This document shows positions 48,027 to 58,740 of a stretch of DNA of 64,000 nt, piece after piece. Position 1 is the first letter of the stretch, and each line of letters opens with the position of its first letter. A program made the translations under genes and the position numbers. The notes under the pieces are model-generated. The model worked only from the letters and a program-made list of their open reading frames with translations, did not search any database and was not told the DNA's origin. This DNA comes from Nanobdellota archaeon (GTDB lineage: Archaea > Nanobdellota > Nanobdellia > Woesearchaeales > UBA10107), in the NCBI GenBank assembly GCA_042571125.1, contig JBHPFU010000002.1, positions 109,878-173,877 of the forward strand, written 5' to 3'.

Positions 48027-48389
48027 ATGAAAGACATATTAGAAAATCAAATAGTTTGTAATAAATGTAGTGTAGATATGGATCGAGGCTTTGAGGTTCG
48101 GGAAGGCTTCAAACTAAGAATATTCAAATGTCCAAAATGCAGTGAAAAATGGTATCATCCAACTGACCTAAGAGATTTTGAAGAATTCAAAAAAATAAGA
48201 CAAAAGAAATTCCAAGTTAAACTGCGGATGGTCGGGAACAGTTATGCTGTAAGCATACCAAAAGAGATAATTGATTTTGAGCAGATAAACACAAGCAAAA
48301 TTGTTTCTATGTTTTTAGAAGAGCCAAATAAGATTGGCTTATTCCTTGAAAGAAGAATGAGAAAATTGGAGGAGGAATTTTTAAAATGA
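48027..48389 (+). CDS. Zn-ribbon + AbrB/MazE-like DNA-binding protein
   Basis: CNKC...CPKC followed by [17 protein letters not shown]. Confidence 0.8.
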   Translation: MKDILENQIVCNKCSVDMDRGFEVREGFKLRIFKCPKCSEKWYHPTDLRDFEEFKKIRQKKFQVKLRMVGNSYAVSIPKEIIDFEQINTSKIVSMFLEEPNKIGLFLERRMRKLEEEFLK

Positions 48390-50659
48390 AAGATGTTGAA
48401 TTAAAAGTGGCAGAAGCAGTACAGGATGATGTAAACAAAGGTATTGTTAGAATCGATAATAAAGAAATGAAAGATTTGGCTATGAGGCCAGGAGATATTC
48501 TCGAGATCCAAGGAGATAGAACAACAGTTGCGGTTGTAGATCGCGCATATCCTGGAGACGTAGGTTTAGGGATAATAAGAATGGACGGTCTTGCAAGAAG
48601 AAATGCAAAAACAGGGATTGGAGAAGTTGTAAAGATAAAAAAAGCAGATATTAAAGAAGCAAAACGTGTCATTATAGCTCCAGCAGGGAAAGGTGTTATG
48701 ATTAGAGCTCCGCCAGGTGTATTCAGACAAAGTTTACTTGGAAGAGCTACTGTTAAGGGAGATATAATCTCTGCGGGCGGTACAAGAAGAAGAAAAACTG
48801 CATTTAGCGGGAATCCATTTGAAGATATTTTCAGTATGCTTGATGAAGGTATGGCTGGATCTGGATTTGGATTCGGAGATATTAAATTTGTTGTTGTTGA
48901 AACAAGTCCAAAGGGAGCAGTCATAATCACTGATGTGACTGAAGTAGAATTAAACCCAGAAGCTGTTGAGCTAAAAGATGAAGAAGTAGTTCCAGAGGTA
49001 ACTTATGAAGATATAGGAGGTTTAAAAGAAGAAATAACAAAAATAAGAGAGATGGTTGAGTTACCATTGAAACATCCGGAAGTATTCGAACGGTTAGGAG
49101 TAGAACCACCAAAAGGAGTTCTATTACATGGGGCACCTGGAACAGGTAAAACTCTACTAGCAAAAGCGGTTGCAAATGAAACAAATTCAAATTTCATGCT
49201 AATCAATGGACCTGAGATAATGTCAAAATTCTATGGTCAGTCAGAAGAAAATCTAAGAAAAAAGTTTGAAGATGCAGAAAAGAGTGCACCATCTATTATT
49301 TTTATAGATGAAATTGATGCAATTGCATCAAAAAGAGAAGAAACCCATGGTGAAGTTGAGAAAAGAGTTGTTGCTCAGCTATTATCATTGATGGATGGAC
49401 TGCAATCAAGAGGAAAGGTAATCGTTATTGCAGCTTCAAACATACCAAACATGCTTGATCCTGCATTGAGAAGGCCTGGAAGATTCGACAGGGAAATCGA
49501 AATTGGTATTCCTGGCAAAGAAGGTAGATTAAATATTCTTAAGATCCATACAAGAAACATGCCCATGGCAAAAGATGTTGATCTAAAAGAACTATCCGAT
49601 ATAACTTATGGTTTTGTTGGTGCAGACATATCTGCTTTAGCAAAAGAAGCAGCGATGATTGTTTTGAGAAGAGTACTTCCAGATCTAAAACTTCAGGAAG
49701 ACGAAACAATACCTGAAAATATGCTTGAAAAATTATTAGTTACAAAAAAGGATTTCTATGATGCTTTAAAAATCGTGAGACCTAGCGCAATGAGAGAGGT
49801 CCTGATAGAAGTCCCAAATATAAACTGGGATGATATTGGAGGATTAACAAAAGTTAAACAAGAGCTTAAAGAAGCTGTTGAATGGCCTCTAAAACACCCA
49901 GATTCATTTACAAGATTAGGTGTACGGCCTCCAAGAGGCATCTTATTGTATGGAGCACCTGGAACTGGAAAAACATTGTTAGCAAAAGCAGTTGCAAATG
50001 AATCGGATGCTAATTTCATTTCCATAAAGGGGCCTGAAATGCTGAGCAAATGGGTCGGAGAATCTGAAAAAGCAATCAGAAAGATATTCCAGAAAGCAAG
50101 ACAAGTAAGTCCTGCAATCATTTTCTTTGATGAGCTTGACTCAATCGCGCCTATTCGTGGAATGAGCAACGATAATAATGTAACAGAACGTGTTGTCAAT
50201 CAGCTGTTAACAGAAATAGATGGCCTAGAAGATCTACATGATGTTGTTGTTATTGCAGCGACAAACAGACCTGACATAATAGACCCAGCATTACTAAGGC
50301 CTGGAAGATTCGACAGGATGATATTAACAGATATTCCTGATGTGAAAACAAGAGAAAAGATCTTTGAGGTTCACACTGCAAAAATGCCTTTGAAAGGTGT
50401 TAATCTAAATGATTTGGCTGAAAAAACACAAGGTTATGTTGGTGCAGACATAGAATCGGTCTGCAGAGAGGCGGCAATACTCGCTTTAAGAAAAGACATA
50501 AATGCAAAAGAAGTTACATCAAAACACTTTGAAGAAGCGATGGGAGAAGTAAGCCCTACAATATCAAAAGATGTTGAAAAAGCTTACTCCGAGTTAAAAA
50601 CTAAATTCAAAAGTGTGAAAGCAAAAGAAATACTTGAAAAACCGGCATATATGGGATAA
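48386..50659 (+). CDS. cdc48: AAA+ ATPase Cdc48/VAT
   Basis: N-domain plus two AAA modules ([30 protein letters not shown]). Confidence 0.96.
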   Translation: MKDVELKVAEAVQDDVNKGIVRIDNKEMKDLAMRPGDILEIQGDRTTVAVVDRAYPGDVGLGIIRMDGLARRNAKTGIGEVVKIKKADIKEAKRVIIAPAGKGVMIRAPPGVFRQSLLGRATVKGDIISAGGTRRRKTAFSGNPFEDIFSMLDEGMAGSGFGFGDIKFVVVETSPKGAVIITDVTEVELNPEAVELKDEEVVPEVTYEDIGGLKEEITKIREMVELPLKHPEVFERLGVEPPKGVLLHGAPGTGKTLLAKAVANETNSNFMLINGPEIMSKFYGQSEENLRKKFEDAEKSAPSIIFIDEIDAIASKREETHGEVEKRVVAQLLSLMDGLQSRGKVIVIAASNIPNMLDPALRRPGRFDREIEIGIPGKEGRLNILKIHTRNMPMAKDVDLKELSDITYGFVGADISALAKEAAMIVLRRVLPDLKLQEDETIPENMLEKLLVTKKDFYDALKIVRPSAMREVLIEVPNINWDDIGGLTKVKQELKEAVEWPLKHPDSFTRLGVRPPRGILLYGAPGTGKTLLAKAVANESDANFISIKGPEMLSKWVGESEKAIRKIFQKARQVSPAIIFFDELDSIAPIRGMSNDNNVTERVVNQLLTEIDGLEDLHDVVVIAATNRPDIIDPALLRPGRFDRMILTDIPDVKTREKIFEVHTAKMPLKGVNLNDLAEKTQGYVGADIESVCREAAILALRKDINAKEVTSKHFEEAMGEVSPTISKDVEKAYSELKTKFKSVKAKEILEKPAYMG

Positions 50660-50660
50660 T

Positions 50661-51950
50661 ATGAATGCAAACCCTGGTGACAGGATAGAGGTTAGGACCG
50701 CGGAAGAATCTTATGAAGGAGTACTTATGCCTTCAGAATCAAAAGATTCTATCTTTCTTAAGCTTAACAACGGATATAATGTGGGAATTTCTAAAGAAAA
50801 GATAAGAAGCATTAAAACTTTAGAAAAAGCTAAAGCTGTAAAAGAAGAAAAACCAAAACCAGTCAAAGAAAATAAGAAATTACCTACAATTTCCATTCTA
50901 CATACTGGAGGAACAATTGCTTCTAAGGTTGATTATAAAACAGGCGCGGTTGTTGCTAAGTTTAAACCTGAAGAACTTCTAAGTTTATTCCCAGAATTGG
51001 AAAAAATTGCAAATATACGAAGTATTCTCATATCTAACTTACAATCCGAAAACATGCGGTTTGCTCACTATAATTTAATTGCTAATGCGATAGAAAAAGA
51101 GCTAAAAAACAAACCAAAGGGAATAATAATAACTCATGGAACAGATACAATGCACTATACTTCTGCTGCATTAAGTTTAATTTTAGAAGGAATTGATGTT
51201 CCAGTTATTTTAGTTGGGGCTCAGAGATCTTCTGATAGAGGTTCAAGTGATTCTGCAACAAATATGATATCTGCAGCCAAATTTATCGCAAATACAAAAT
51301 TTAAGGGTGTTGGGATTTGCATGCATTCTGATACTGGAGATGAAAGCGCATACATCTTGCCCGCAATGCAGACTAGAAAACTTCATACTTCAAGAAGAGA
51401 TGCATTTAATCCTATAAATTCTACTCCAATTGCAGAAGTTTTCTTCAACAAAGATGAAATACGCTTTATTGATAAGAAACATTACATGCCTTCAGGTGAT
51501 TTTAAGTTAAGATTATTTGGTGAAGATATAAAAATAGGTATTTTAAGAAGCCACACAAACATAATGCCCGAAGATATCTCTTATTTTAAAAATCATAAAG
51601 GGTTAATAATAGAAGGAACAGGATTGGGGCATTTTCAAACAACCTCATTTGACGATATATCTAAAATAAACGAAAAAAACAAATTAGAATTATCAAAAAT
51701 AATCAAAAACGGCTGTACTGTTGTTCTGACATCTCAGTGTGTATTCGGAAGAGTAGATATGAATGTTTATTCTCCCCAAAGGGAACTTTTAGATATTGGT
51801 GTTATACCCGGAGATGCAATTCCTACTGATACTGCATTCATAAAACTGGCCTGGGTTCTAAGCAATTATAAAGATGATATTGAAAAGGTTATGCTTCAGA
51901 ATTTAAGAGGTGAAAATCCAGGAAGAATCCAGGAAGACGAATACATGTGA
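50661..51950 (+). CDS. gatD: Glu-tRNA(Gln) amidotransferase subunit D
   Basis: LKL.NGYN.G, TGGTIAS.VDY.TG, HGTDT, GAQRSSDR.SSD, HTSRRDAF. Confidence 0.93.
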   Translation: MNANPGDRIEVRTAEESYEGVLMPSESKDSIFLKLNNGYNVGISKEKIRSIKTLEKAKAVKEEKPKPVKENKKLPTISILHTGGTIASKVDYKTGAVVAKFKPEELLSLFPELEKIANIRSILISNLQSENMRFAHYNLIANAIEKELKNKPKGIIITHGTDTMHYTSAALSLILEGIDVPVILVGAQRSSDRGSSDSATNMISAAKFIANTKFKGVGICMHSDTGDESAYILPAMQTRKLHTSRRDAFNPINSTPIAEVFFNKDEIRFIDKKHYMPSGDFKLRLFGEDIKIGILRSHTNIMPEDISYFKNHKGLIIEGTGLGHFQTTSFDDISKINEKNKLELSKIIKNGCTVVLTSQCVFGRVDMNVYSPQRELLDIGVIPGDAIPTDTAFIKLAWVLSNYKDDIEKVMLQNLRGENPGRIQEDEYM

Positions 51951-51955
51951 TTAAC

Positions 51956-53368
51956 ATGGCAAAAGACTATAAAGAAATTGGATTTAAGTGCGGGTTAGAG
52001 ATTCATCAGCAGCTAGAAGGTAAGAAATTATTCTGTAATTGTCCTACTGAGATCAGAAAGGAAGAACCTGACTTTGAGATAAAAAGAATATTAAGAGCTA
52101 GTGCCGGAGAAACTGGCGCTGTTGATATCGCTGCGCTTCATGAACTAGAAAAAGGAAAATATTTTGTCTATCAAGGCTATGAAAATATCAATTGTTTGGT
52201 TGAGCTTGATGAAGAGCCTCCGCATGAGATGAATAAAGGGGCTCTAAAAACAGCAATTCAAGTTGCTAAGCTATTAAACGCCGATATTGTAGACACAGTT
52301 CAGGTGATGAGGAAAGTTGTTATTGATGGTTCTAATGTTTCTGGATTCCAAAGGACTGCTCTGATTGCTACAAACGGTTATATCGAAGTTAATGGGAAGA
52401 AAATAGGAATACCTACAATCTGTTTAGAAGAGGATGCTTGTCAGGCAGTAGAAAGAAAAAAAGAATATGACACATACAACTTATCTCGATTAGGAATCCC
52501 ATTGTTAGAAATTGTAACAGATGCTACAATCTCCAATCCAGAAGAATGTAAAGAGGTTGCAGCTAAACTTGGGATGATATTACGTTCAGTACCTGGAATG
52601 AAAAGAGGAATTGGTTCTATAAGACAGGATGTTAATTTATCTGTAAAAGATACTGCAAGAGTTGAGATAAAAGGTTTTCAGGAATATAAATCAATACCAA
52701 AAGTGATGGATATTGAAATTGACAGAAGATTAAAGCTAATCAAACAAGGTAAAAAACTTGAATCAGAGGTTCGCGGTGCAAAACCAAATCTTAGTACAGA
52801 ATTTCAAAGACCAATGCCTGGTGCAGACAGAATGTATCCTGAAACCGATACTCCTCCAATCAAAACAGAAGGTATTGAAACAGAAAAGATAGAACTAATT
52901 GAAGAAAAAGCAGATAAGATTAAAAAATTAGGTTTGGGTTCAGACCTGGCAGCCGCATTATCAAAAATAGGTAAGGCAGATTTGCTAGTTAGGTTTGCTG
53001 AGAAGTTTTCTAATGTGAAACCTGCATTTATTGCAGAAACAATGTTATCTCTTCCAAAAACAATCAGAAGAAAGCACAATATTGAGATAAATCCAACAGA
53101 TGAAGATTTTGAAACTCTATTTTCTGAATTAAATAATGGAAAAATCGTAAAAGAATCTGTTGAGGACATTTTAAAGGAAAATCAACCAGTCAAAGAAGTT
53201 ATCGAAAAGTATCAGTTAATGTCTGATAAAGAGCTAGAAACTAAAATCAAAAGCATTATTAAGGGGCAAGACATTCCATTTAATGCACTAATAGGCAAAG
53301 TGATGGGGGCTCTGAAAGGCAAAGCAGATCCTAAAAAGATTATTGAAATATTAAATAAGTTAAAATAA
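51956..53368 (+). CDS. gatE: Glu-tRNA(Gln) amidotransferase subunit E (short form)
   Basis: GLEIHQQL..KLFC.CP, LVE.DEEPPH, RK.VIDGSN.SGFQRT, RG.G.IRQD.N.S, RP.PGA.RMYPETD. Confidence 0.93.
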   Translation: MAKDYKEIGFKCGLEIHQQLEGKKLFCNCPTEIRKEEPDFEIKRILRASAGETGAVDIAALHELEKGKYFVYQGYENINCLVELDEEPPHEMNKGALKTAIQVAKLLNADIVDTVQVMRKVVIDGSNVSGFQRTALIATNGYIEVNGKKIGIPTICLEEDACQAVERKKEYDTYNLSRLGIPLLEIVTDATISNPEECKEVAAKLGMILRSVPGMKRGIGSIRQDVNLSVKDTARVEIKGFQEYKSIPKVMDIEIDRRLKLIKQGKKLESEVRGAKPNLSTEFQRPMPGADRMYPETDTPPIKTEGIETEKIELIEEKADKIKKLGLGSDLAAALSKIGKADLLVRFAEKFSNVKPAFIAETMLSLPKTIRRKHNIEINPTDEDFETLFSELNNGKIVKESVEDILKENQPVKEVIEKYQLMSDKELETKIKSIIKGQDIPFNALIGKVMGALKGKADPKKIIEILNKLK

Positions 53369-53382
53369 GTTGGGGGCAAAAG

Positions 53383-53967
53383 ATGAGAGGATCAGTTACA
53401 CTAACCGGACCTAGATGTTCCGGTAAATCCAAAGTAGGCAAAGAACTAGCCAGAATTCTAGGATTTTCTCATATTGATCTTGATAGAGTATTTGAAGAGC
53501 AGCATGGATCTATTACTGATTATGTTAAAAAACATGGATTGCCGGGGTTTAGAAGGCATGAAAACATAGGGTATAAGGTACTCTGCCACGAACATCAATT
53601 CATTCGAACTATTATTTCTAGCGGCGGAGGACTTTTTGCACATAATGACGGAGAACAGTATAGGTTAAGTAGTGTTGAATTAGGGAAAAATTTTGGAAAA
53701 ATAATTTATTTAACCCCCTCCGATGATTTAAGAGAAAGTGCAGAGATCTTGTCAAAGAGAATATCAAAAGATCCTACAACTGCAGGTTCACGCCCAGCAT
53801 TAACGAAAGATAAAAGCGCTTCTGAAGAAGTATTGGATGTTCTTACGATGAGAGATCCAATATATCGTGCTGTGGCTTATGAAGTTATTCGTACCGAACA
53901 AATAGGCGGCATTAAAAAAGTAGCAGAATACATGGCTGAGAAGATTAGATCTAAACTTTTATGTTGA
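53383..53967 (+). CDS. aroK: Bacterial-type (NMP-kinase fold) shikimate kinase-like protein
   Basis: GPRCSGKS, D.D, FR..E, S.GGG, RP.L, R.P.Y motifs. Confidence 0.72.
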   Translation: MRGSVTLTGPRCSGKSKVGKELARILGFSHIDLDRVFEEQHGSITDYVKKHGLPGFRRHENIGYKVLCHEHQFIRTIISSGGGLFAHNDGEQYRLSSVELGKNFGKIIYLTPSDDLRESAEILSKRISKDPTTAGSRPALTKDKSASEEVLDVLTMRDPIYRAVAYEVIRTEQIGGIKKVAEYMAEKIRSKLLC

Positions 53968-54580
53968 TTTTCTCCAATAGTTCATTCAAAACGGCCAAAG
54001 GTATTAAACTTCCCAATAATCCTGATAAAAATCCATTAACAAATGCAGGAACCTGATTAAAATAAAAGATTACCATCAAAGTTATAATAAAAAACTCAAA
54101 AAATCCTGCGATTAATGCAAAACTAAAAGGAATTCTGTTTATCTTCTGTTTTTTATTGTTTAAATCTAATCTAATTTTAAAATTAAGTTCATTATAAACA
54201 AAGATTGACAGGAATAGTGCGACTCCAACTGAGATTAAACCAAGTAAAGAAAAACCAATAAGGCCTAGACTTTCTAAATCCATTATTTTCAATTGAACAA
54301 CAAAAGTTAAAGCAAGAAATAAAGCATTAAAAACTGAAGGAACTAAAATCCCTACTTTATTTATTTTTTTATTATTTATTTTTATTTTGTAAGGAATTAA
54401 GTTATAGATTAAAACTGTTAACAGCATTGCAAAGAAACCAATTATTAATCCGGATGCAATCGCTCTTCCTGGTTCTGAAAACCTAACAAAGGGAGTTATA
54501 AGATCTTGTATCAATAATGCAATGCCTTCTACTAAAGCAATATACAGAATCAAAGTCCATCCTATTTTTTTAAGTTGCAT
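53951..54580 (-). CDS. Multi-pass membrane protein with internal duplication
   Basis: About six hydrophobic helices; YN...KI...K.KIN motif occurs twice. Confidence 0.7.
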   Translation of the reverse strand: MQLKKIGWTLILYIALVEGIALLIQDLITPFVRFSEPGRAIASGLIIGFFAMLLTVLIYNLIPYKIKINNKKINKVGILVPSVFNALFLALTFVVQLKIMDLESLGLIGFSLLGLISVGVALFLSIFVYNELNFKIRLDLNNKKQKINRIPFSFALIAGFFEFFIITLMVIFYFNQVPAFVNGFLSGLLGSLIPLAVLNELLEKINIKV

Positions 54581-54585
54581 AAAAA

Positions 54586-54660
54586 CGAGTCTGGGAGGAT
54601 TCGAACCCCCGACCCCTTCCTTAGGAGGGAAGTGCTCTATCCAGACTGAGCTACAGACTC
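54586..54660 (-). tRNA. tRNA-Arg(CCT)
   Basis: GAGTCTG/CAGACTC acceptor, CTTCC-CTCCTAA-GGAAG anticodon arm, TTCGAAT T-loop. Confidence 0.95.
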
Positions 54661-54697
54661 ATAAGATTAAATCAATATACGATATTTATAAAGAATT

Positions 54698-55162
54698 CTA
54701 TTCTTCCTTAACATTCATGTCTACAATAGACTCATTATCAGAACCAAATGTAAATTCTGCCTTTATGTTCTTATCTTTTAAGACCGAAGGAAGCCAGTGA
54801 GGATCATCTGACCACATTGTATGGAAAGGTATATCTTCATATTTAAACCATTTCGGAGCCATCTCTTCACTTTCAATAGGCTCTCCGTCCCAGTCTTCTG
54901 TTACAAAAACATGGACTGTCTGGTCCCATTCCTTCTTTTCAGAGAAAAAGAAATCTAGAACTCCTTTTTTCTTTAAGTTTTTAACAGTAACACCGCACTC
55001 TTCCTGCAGTTCTCTAACAACAGATTCTTCAACAGTTTCATCGGGCGTGACCTTCCCCCCAAATCCGTTATATTTTCCGCTTCCGAACCCTCTTTTTTTC
55101 ATACCAAGGAGTACTTCTCCGGACTGCTTGTTTATAAGAAAACAAAGTGTTGCTTGTATCAA
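54698..55162 (-). CDS. Nudix hydrolase, MTH1-like 8-oxo-dGTP diphosphatase
   Basis: LLG.KKRGFG.G..NGFGGK, RELQEECG, ESEEM.P.WF, MW.DD..W. Confidence 0.88.
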   Translation of the reverse strand: MIQATLCFLINKQSGEVLLGMKKRGFGSGKYNGFGGKVTPDETVEESVVRELQEECGVTVKNLKKKGVLDFFFSEKKEWDQTVHVFVTEDWDGEPIESEEMAPKWFKYEDIPFHTMWSDDPHWLPSVLKDKNIKAEFTFGSDNESIVDMNVKEE

Positions 55163-55224
55163 TCTTTCACCCCATTAATACGAGTTATCGGCAGGTTTAA
55201 AAATATTTCTAAAATACAGCATAT

Positions 55225-55914
55225 ATGATGAAAGAGATACAAAAAGAACTGAGAAAGTATGCGAATAAAGAGAAGGTAAAGGTTTACCAGGGATTTTTCA
55301 AGACTGGCAAAGGAGAATACGGAGAAGGTGATGTTTTTATAGGTGTTACTGTCCCGAATACAAGAATTGTTGCTAGAAAATTCAAAAATATTAATCTTTC
55401 TCAAGCAAAAGCACTGCTTAAATCAAAAATTCACGAAGAAAGGCTTTGTGCTTTACTTATTCTTGTAGAAAAATTCAAGGAAAATGAAAAAGAAGTTGTT
55501 GATTTTTATCTGAAGCATACAAAATATGTGAATAATTGGGATTTGGTAGATTTAAGCGCAGATAAAATTCTTGGAACTTATTTATTGAATAAAAATAAAA
55601 AGATAATATACAAATTAGTTAAATCTAAATATCTGTGGGAAAGAAGAATATCTATTTTGACAACATTCACATTTATTAAGAATAATCAATACAAAGATTC
55701 ACTAAAGATCGCAGAAATTTTACTAAATGACAAACATGATTTGATACACAAGGCAATAGGGTGGATGTTAAGAGAAATAGGAAAAAGAAATTTAGCTGAA
55801 GAAGAGAGGTTCTTGAAAAAGCATTATAAAAAAATGCCAAGAACAATGTTACGATATGCCATAGAACGTTTCCCAGAGCGGAAAAGAAAAGCATATCTGT
55901 TAGGAAATGTATAA
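55225..55914 (+). CDS. alkD: AlkD-family DNA alkylation repair glycosylase
   Basis: FFKTG.GEYGEGD.F.GV, NNWDLVD, HDLIHKA.GW.LRE.GK, MPRTMLRYAIE. Confidence 0.88.
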   Translation: MMKEIQKELRKYANKEKVKVYQGFFKTGKGEYGEGDVFIGVTVPNTRIVARKFKNINLSQAKALLKSKIHEERLCALLILVEKFKENEKEVVDFYLKHTKYVNNWDLVDLSADKILGTYLLNKNKKIIYKLVKSKYLWERRISILTTFTFIKNNQYKDSLKIAEILLNDKHDLIHKAIGWMLREIGKRNLAEEERFLKKHYKKMPRTMLRYAIERFPERKRKAYLLGNV

Positions 55915-56833
55915 AATAAAGCAAACTCCGGAAGACTTTCTAGTACGTGAAATAAGCAGAATTAAGCCTTCTGAGGAAGGTCGCTATGTTTATTTTATTC
56001 TAAAGAAAAGGAATTACACAACTCAACGAGCAATCAAACATATTGCCAATGCATTACATGTTCCTGAAAAAAGATTTGGTTTTGCAGGTAACAAAGACAA
56101 GAATGCGATTACAGAGCAGCTTTGTTCTGTTAATGTTAATCCAAGCAGGATAGAATTAAATGATATATGGATTGAAGTTGTTGGAAAGGGTAACGGGCCA
56201 ATCCTTTTAGGTGATTTAGAAGGAAATGAATTTGAAATTATTGTAAGAAATATTGAAGAAAAACCAAAAAAGATTAATAAGATAATAAACTGCTTTGATG
56301 AACAAAGATTTTCTAAAAATAATGTTGAAGTTGGAAGAGCGATAATTAAAAAAGACTTCAAAAAAGCTGTTGAATTGATTTTAGAAGGAAAAGACGATTT
56401 TGATTTAAGGGAACATGACGAAAGAGATCCTGCCGGAGCTTTGCAAAAGGTACCAAAAACTATTCTAAAATTATTTGTACATTCTTATCAGTCAGATATC
56501 TGGAATAAGACTGCTGAAAAGTTTCAAGATAAAGAAAAACTTCCTTTGGTTGGGTTTGGAACTGAATTTGAAGATAAAAAAGTAGAAAAATTCGTGTTAG
56601 ATTTGTTGAAGAAAGATGGAATAACTCAAAGAGACTTCATAATCAAGCAATTGCCTTCTGTAAGCTCAGAAGGTTCTGAAAGATTCGTATTTGCAGATGT
56701 AAAAGATCTTGAAATTGGTAAGTTAGAAGACGATGAATTAAATAAAGGAAAAAAGAAGTGTTTAGTTAAGTTTAAACTTCAAAAAGGAGCATATGCGACT
56801 ATTGTTGTAAGAACTATTTTTCAATCTTCTTAG
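55907..56833 (+). CDS. truD: tRNA pseudouridine(13) synthase
   Basis: KQ.PEDF.V.E, FAG.KDK.AIT.Q, GN.F.I, QRF, YQS..WN, F.L.KG.YAT. Confidence 0.9.
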   Translation: MYKIKQTPEDFLVREISRIKPSEEGRYVYFILKKRNYTTQRAIKHIANALHVPEKRFGFAGNKDKNAITEQLCSVNVNPSRIELNDIWIEVVGKGNGPILLGDLEGNEFEIIVRNIEEKPKKINKIINCFDEQRFSKNNVEVGRAIIKKDFKKAVELILEGKDDFDLREHDERDPAGALQKVPKTILKLFVHSYQSDIWNKTAEKFQDKEKLPLVGFGTEFEDKKVEKFVLDLLKKDGITQRDFIIKQLPSVSSEGSERFVFADVKDLEIGKLEDDELNKGKKKCLVKFKLQKGAYATIVVRTIFQSS

Positions 56834-58064
56834 GTTCAGAATAATCAAAAACAATAAGACATTTCTTCAAGGCTTTCTTAACTTCTTTTTTGCTTAAAAG
56901 ATTTGAAAATGATTCCCATTTTCTCTGTAGTCTTAGCATATGTTTAAAAACATCATATTTTGGCATAGCCTTTGTCTTTGCAAGTTCTATATTCCTTAGA
57001 CATTCAGAGGCTGAGAAGCCATCCCCCAGAGAGGAATATTGTTCATAAAGTATTTCGCTGCTCTTTTTTATTTTATTATCAAGATTATTGCCAAGAAAAG
57101 CGGAAATATAAGGCGATAAGTCCTTTAATTTTACTTTTTTCATTCCTTTATGTCTTTTCTGTTGTCTTAATTTTTCTCTTTCGTAAATAAATCTATAAAT
57201 ATCAGATCTGTGGGTCTTCCACAAAGGATAGGTTCCAGATGGAGGATCATGCATAATCCAAAATTCATTATCAAAAAAGATATTAAATCCGAACATCTTT
57301 GCATTAATCAAATAATCGCTATCTTCACCCCGATTAATTTTATAATCAAAAGGAACTTTTTTAAACAGATTCTTATGGAGGACAGCGCAGCCTGTAAGCA
57401 TAAAGTGAGCATCTTTTAATCTTGGACCTTTGCCTATAAATTTATCAAATGCCTGATTCATTTTCTTTGCTTGATTCCATGCGCTGCTCCATTTACATCT
57501 CTTTATCTTCAGCTTATATCTTCCATCTCCATAATGGCAATATCCTGAAATACCATCAATTCTTTTTTCATTAAATTCTTTCCCAATAAACTCTTTTGCT
57601 TTTGCTAAAAATTTAGGATCGGTTACATATTCATCATCATCAATTGAAATAAGAATATCTTCATCAAGAACTTGAGCAATTAATAATGATAAGTTTCTAA
57701 CTCGGGAGTACCCTTTAAAACCCAAGAACAGATCATATTTTGAAGAGAATTTATGGAGTTCTTTTTTTAAGCAATCTAACTGAAAGCTGGATAAATAATA
57801 AAGCTTTAATTTGTATTTTTTAGAATAGCTGTCTAATTTTTTAATTAGCTTATCGTTCATTTCTTTCTCAATCTTTTTTGAAAATGCCGATGCGAGAACA
57901 AGTATATCTGTGCCATTCCCAATTTTTCTTAAACTTTCGATAGCTCTCATTAATGTCCCATCTTCATCAATGGGTGTCGGATGGTCAAAGATAGGTTTTA
58001 GCCTTTTTACAGGGCCAAATCCCTTTTTTGCCCAATAGGTAGGTATTACAATGAGCGTTTTCAT
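56814..58064 (-). CDS. GT-A fold glycosyltransferase-like protein
   Basis: IVIPTY, RN..L, IDDDE (DxD), RGED.DY, H.PP. Confidence 0.65.
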   Translation of the reverse strand: MKTLIVIPTYWAKKGFGPVKRLKPIFDHPTPIDEDGTLMRAIESLRKIGNGTDILVLASAFSKKIEKEMNDKLIKKLDSYSKKYKLKLYYLSSFQLDCLKKELHKFSSKYDLFLGFKGYSRVRNLSLLIAQVLDEDILISIDDDEYVTDPKFLAKAKEFIGKEFNEKRIDGISGYCHYGDGRYKLKIKRCKWSSAWNQAKKMNQAFDKFIGKGPRLKDAHFMLTGCAVLHKNLFKKVPFDYKINRGEDSDYLINAKMFGFNIFFDNEFWIMHDPPSGTYPLWKTHRSDIYRFIYEREKLRQQKRHKGMKKVKLKDLSPYISAFLGNNLDNKIKKSSEILYEQYSSLGDGFSASECLRNIELAKTKAMPKYDVFKHMLRLQRKWESFSNLLSKKEVKKALKKCLIVFDYSEPKKIEK

Positions 58065-58100
58065 CTATATATTGTAGAAAAGGCTGTTTAAAAACCTATG

Positions 58101-58730
58101 TTATGTTTCAATAGCTTCAATTGAATCTTTAAACATTCCTTCTGGAACCTGTTCTCCGTTAATCTCAACCAGAATATTTTCATTCATATAATAATCGACT
58201 AATGGCGAGGTCTGTTCTGTATATGTATCGTATCTTTTCTTTATTAAATTCGGGGTATCATCTTCTCTTTGAACTAATTTAGAACCGCATTTATCGCATA
58301 CTCCTTCTTTTTTTGGAGGGAGAGTGATTGTATTGTAAATTGTTTTACAGTTTTCACATCCCCATCTTGCAGAAAGTCTTTTGATAATCAGTTTTAATGA
58401 TGCATGAATATACAGAACAAGATCGGGTTTTGCTATCTTTTCTAATGTAATCGCTTGGTCTGTATTTCTAGGATAGCCGTCAAGAATGAATCCATCTTTA
58501 CAATCACTAATGCTCAAACGATTTTCAAGCATTTTCAGAGTCAAGTCATCAGGAACATACTTTCCCTGCAAAAGATAAGCATTTGCTTGCTTACCAAGTT
58601 CTGTTCCTTTCTCTACATTCTCTCTAAATAAATCTCCTGTAGAAATATGTGGGATCTTATATTTATCAGCAAGCATATCTGCTACTGTCCCCTTCCCCGC
58701 ACCAGGCGGTCCAAACAAAATTATTCTCAT
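58101..58730 (-). CDS. adk: Adenylate kinase, bacterial type with Zn lid
   Basis: GPPGAGKGT, HISTGD.FR, LDGYPR, CENC...CDKC, QREDD. Confidence 0.93.
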   Translation of the reverse strand: MRIILFGPPGAGKGTVADMLADKYKIPHISTGDLFRENVEKGTELGKQANAYLLQGKYVPDDLTLKMLENRLSISDCKDGFILDGYPRNTDQAITLEKIAKPDLVLYIHASLKLIIKRLSARWGCENCKTIYNTITLPPKKEGVCDKCGSKLVQREDDTPNLIKKRYDTYTEQTSPLVDYYMNENILVEINGEQVPEGMFKDSIEAIET

Positions 58731-58740
58731 GATTATGAAA

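Noticed and set aside
48307..50199. Long antisense ORFs within cdc48 (likewise within lig, cdc6, gatE and the surface protein)
   Set aside because: Shadow ORFs opposite well-supported genes, with no motifs.
54522..54800. 92-aa + strand ORF
   Set aside because: Antisense translation of tRNA-Arg (GGFEPPT pattern) and flanking genes.
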